DNA of 64,000 nt from Camelus dromedarius (taxonomy: Eukaryota), in contig NC_087439.1 in the NCBI RefSeq assembly GCF_036321535.1, positions 67,890,001-67,954,000 on the forward strand. The letters are read 5' to 3'. This document shows, one piece after another, positions 61,721-64,000 of this stretch (position 1 is its first letter; each line of letters starts with the position of its first letter). The translations under genes and the position numbers were made by a program. The notes beneath the pieces were generated by a model. The model was not told where the DNA came from. It worked only from the letters and a program-made list of their open reading frames with translations, and searched no databases.

Positions 61721-63384
61721 GCCCTGGCTGAATAAAACCCCAAACACTCCGTGCTGTTTACTACTCAGATCCTTTGTTTTGTCCCAAACATAACTCCTCT
61801 CCTCTCTGGATGAGGATTTAGTTTTCCCAGCGCCCCTAACTTGTAACTATCAGAAAAGGAGACACTTCCTTAAAAGAAAATTTTCAGGTAATAGAATCGG
61901 ATTCCCCCAACCCTCCAAAAAAGTCCAGGTACCCGAAGACTTCTCGAAATGCTACTGTAGCTACTTCTATTCACATTTTCCCCATAGAAATGTGGTCACG
62001 ACGCTGAGAGAAAGAAAACAGCATTACGCCAACTATTTTTAAATGGAGGCGTGAAAACTGTTTAGATTGAGCTACGAGTTAACAGTTGGGAAAACACTTG
62101 TATCTTAGTTTCTGGGGATGGCTTTGTGGCTTCCAAACTGTCTTGCTTCACTAGGCACCTATTACTGCATTATCAGAAAGCCTCTAACAGGAACAAGTCT
62201 AAATAACACTCTGCGTATACCTTTCCTGCCACTCTGCAGATTAAGAAAAATAAAGTTTCCGTGACAAGAAACACACACACATCTCACTATCCCATGTATT
62301 TCTTTGCTTGTACTTGTGGATTCTTCTGGGTGGCTTTCCCCCTTATCTGGACTTGCCATTAGCTTTGTTTATCACTTTTAGTGTTTGAAAAATCTGAAAC
62401 TCCCACTTAACTGTTATTTACACTGAGATAACCAAAACAAAATTGAATCAGAAGTGATTTGCAAACAGTTGAACCAAGCCGTGGAAGGATTTTCCAGTGC
62501 TGTGTAAATCCACAGGCTGCATATCACACTGTTCATCTCAGATGCCAGGTTTGAAAGGGCATTTAACCGAGGCCTGGTGAGTCTTCCAGTGAGCATATCC
62601 CCTAGCTGGCCTGAGGACTACCTTTCATTCCTTTCATTTTCTCTCTCTCTCTCTCTCTCCCTTCCTTCTCTCCCTCTTTCCTTCCTGGACTTGGGAGAAC
62701 ATCCACATTATTAAAAGCTCCAGATTTACTTTAAAAAAAAGTCAGTTGGAAAGAAAGACCACTGCTCACTGATACTTAATGGAGTATACAAGGCAGTTTG
62801 AATTTTGAACCTTCATTGGAGATCTCAGCTTATATCATTGCCAAGATGCTAACCTAAGGACAAATAGCATTATCTACAGTGACAGAGGCTGAATGAATAG
62901 AGTCGATTAGTGTCACCTCCCCCCACCACTCACCAGGCATGCCAAGCCAATCTAGCAAGTGCTCAGTATGAAAGATTTCTGTTTCCAGGAACATTATAGC
63001 CAGAATTTATGTGAAGGGGAGACAAAGAAAAAGTAAACTGAAGCCCACTGGGAAACCATAGGAATGAAACTCTGGACTTGTACTTTTAGGGTCTCAGGGT
63101 TGAGGGTCCTTAACCAGGCTGCTTCGAGGGTTTTTGGTCTGGTAGGGAGAAGGGTCAGTTTCAGTGTTCTGTTCCTGGACCTGATTTTCAGCATTATGGA
63201 TTTGAATTTTTCAGAGATGTCATTAAGATGAAGCTAACTTACTTCCCAGGAGTCTTCTGTGTGACTGTTGCAAGACTTCTCATCAGTCCACTTGAGTGAA
63301 GTCCTGATTTCCTGCAATTGGGTAGAGAGGGTGAGTCTTTGGTTTAGAGCCCTGGGGACTCCCAGCAGCCAAACCATTTTTAAT

Positions 63385-63398
63385 CCTCTAGGGGGCAG
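63385..63398 (+). promoter_or_regulatory. Candidate CTCF site CCTCTAGGGGGCAG
   Basis: Fits the core consensus CC[A/G/T][C/G][C/T]AG[G/A][G/T]GGC[A/G][C/G] at every position; about 2.3 kb upstream of the TSS. Confidence 0.45.
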
Positions 63399-64000
63399 CA
63401 CTCAATAAATAATGGTAACAGTATTGGCAGTAGCACTTTTGGCGGTGCTTTTACTTCCAGAAGCTCACAGCCCTTTATCAGACCAGGGAAGATTCAGAGT
63501 GAGACCAGATCTCCCCCAGACCACTCTGAACAAGAGACCACAGACCCAGGGAAGACTTAGAATGACTTTGGTCCAAGACTTCCAAGGACTCTTGGGAACT
63601 AAACGCAAATCCAATCTGTGCCCTATAGAAAATGAATCTTTAGGGAAATTCTCCAGACTGGGACTGGCTCAGACCTGCCAGCCCCAGTTTTTGCCTAGAC
63701 TGGAATCTCAGGGGTTTGGCTGCAATTGGTTTGGTTTTGACCAGAGGTGCAGGGGTGAGGAGCCAGGCACCATACTTTTCATTATTTTGTGAGTCCACAT
63801 CTTTGACCCATAGAGAAGCCTGCCTACTAAAGGCAAGTAAACAGTGGGCTTGTTAACAGAAACATCAGACTGACTAGGAAACAGCTAACTAGTGAAGTCG
63901 AGATTCCTGGCGGCATCACTGACTCACCTAGGACGTTTTAATCATTATCCTTAATTGTGAAATAATAATAGGTAACCCCATCCTACATTCCATTCCTTTG

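Overview
Mammalian genomic DNA. Four tRNA-derived SINEs of the Vic-1 type point to a camelid (camel, alpaca or llama). The window holds the promoter and exons 1-10 of neuropilin-2 (NRP2) on the minus strand. All visible splice sites are GT-AG with consistent phases. These exons encode the signal peptide, CUB1 (a1), CUB2 (a2) and both FV/FVIII domains (b1, b2), residues 1-595. The MAM, TM and cytoplasmic exons lie beyond the left edge. Most of exon 4 and parts of the 5'UTR and promoter fall in N gaps (nine gaps, 130-252 nt). The rest is intron with MIR, L2, L1 and Vic-1 repeats, two CpG islands and microsatellites. I see no prokaryote-type system, CRISPR array, second protein-coding gene or true RNA gene; the other ORF-track entries look like chance frames. 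The best leads are locus-specific. (1) An intron-9 read-through (soluble s9NRP2-like) frame keeps VGCSWR but appears frameshifted to a 32-aa tail, with AATAAA 3 nt after the stop, beside a MIR. (2) The exon 4 splice acceptor is tandemly duplicated, which could add 6 residues including a Cys between CUB1 and CUB2. (3) A dense ETS/SOX/GATA/SMAD motif cluster sits about 26 kb into the gene. (4) Intron 2 holds a candidate TATA-Inr internal promoter with a downstream donor. (5) The 5'UTR has three short uORFs. All comparisons to human NRP2 are from memory and need alignment.
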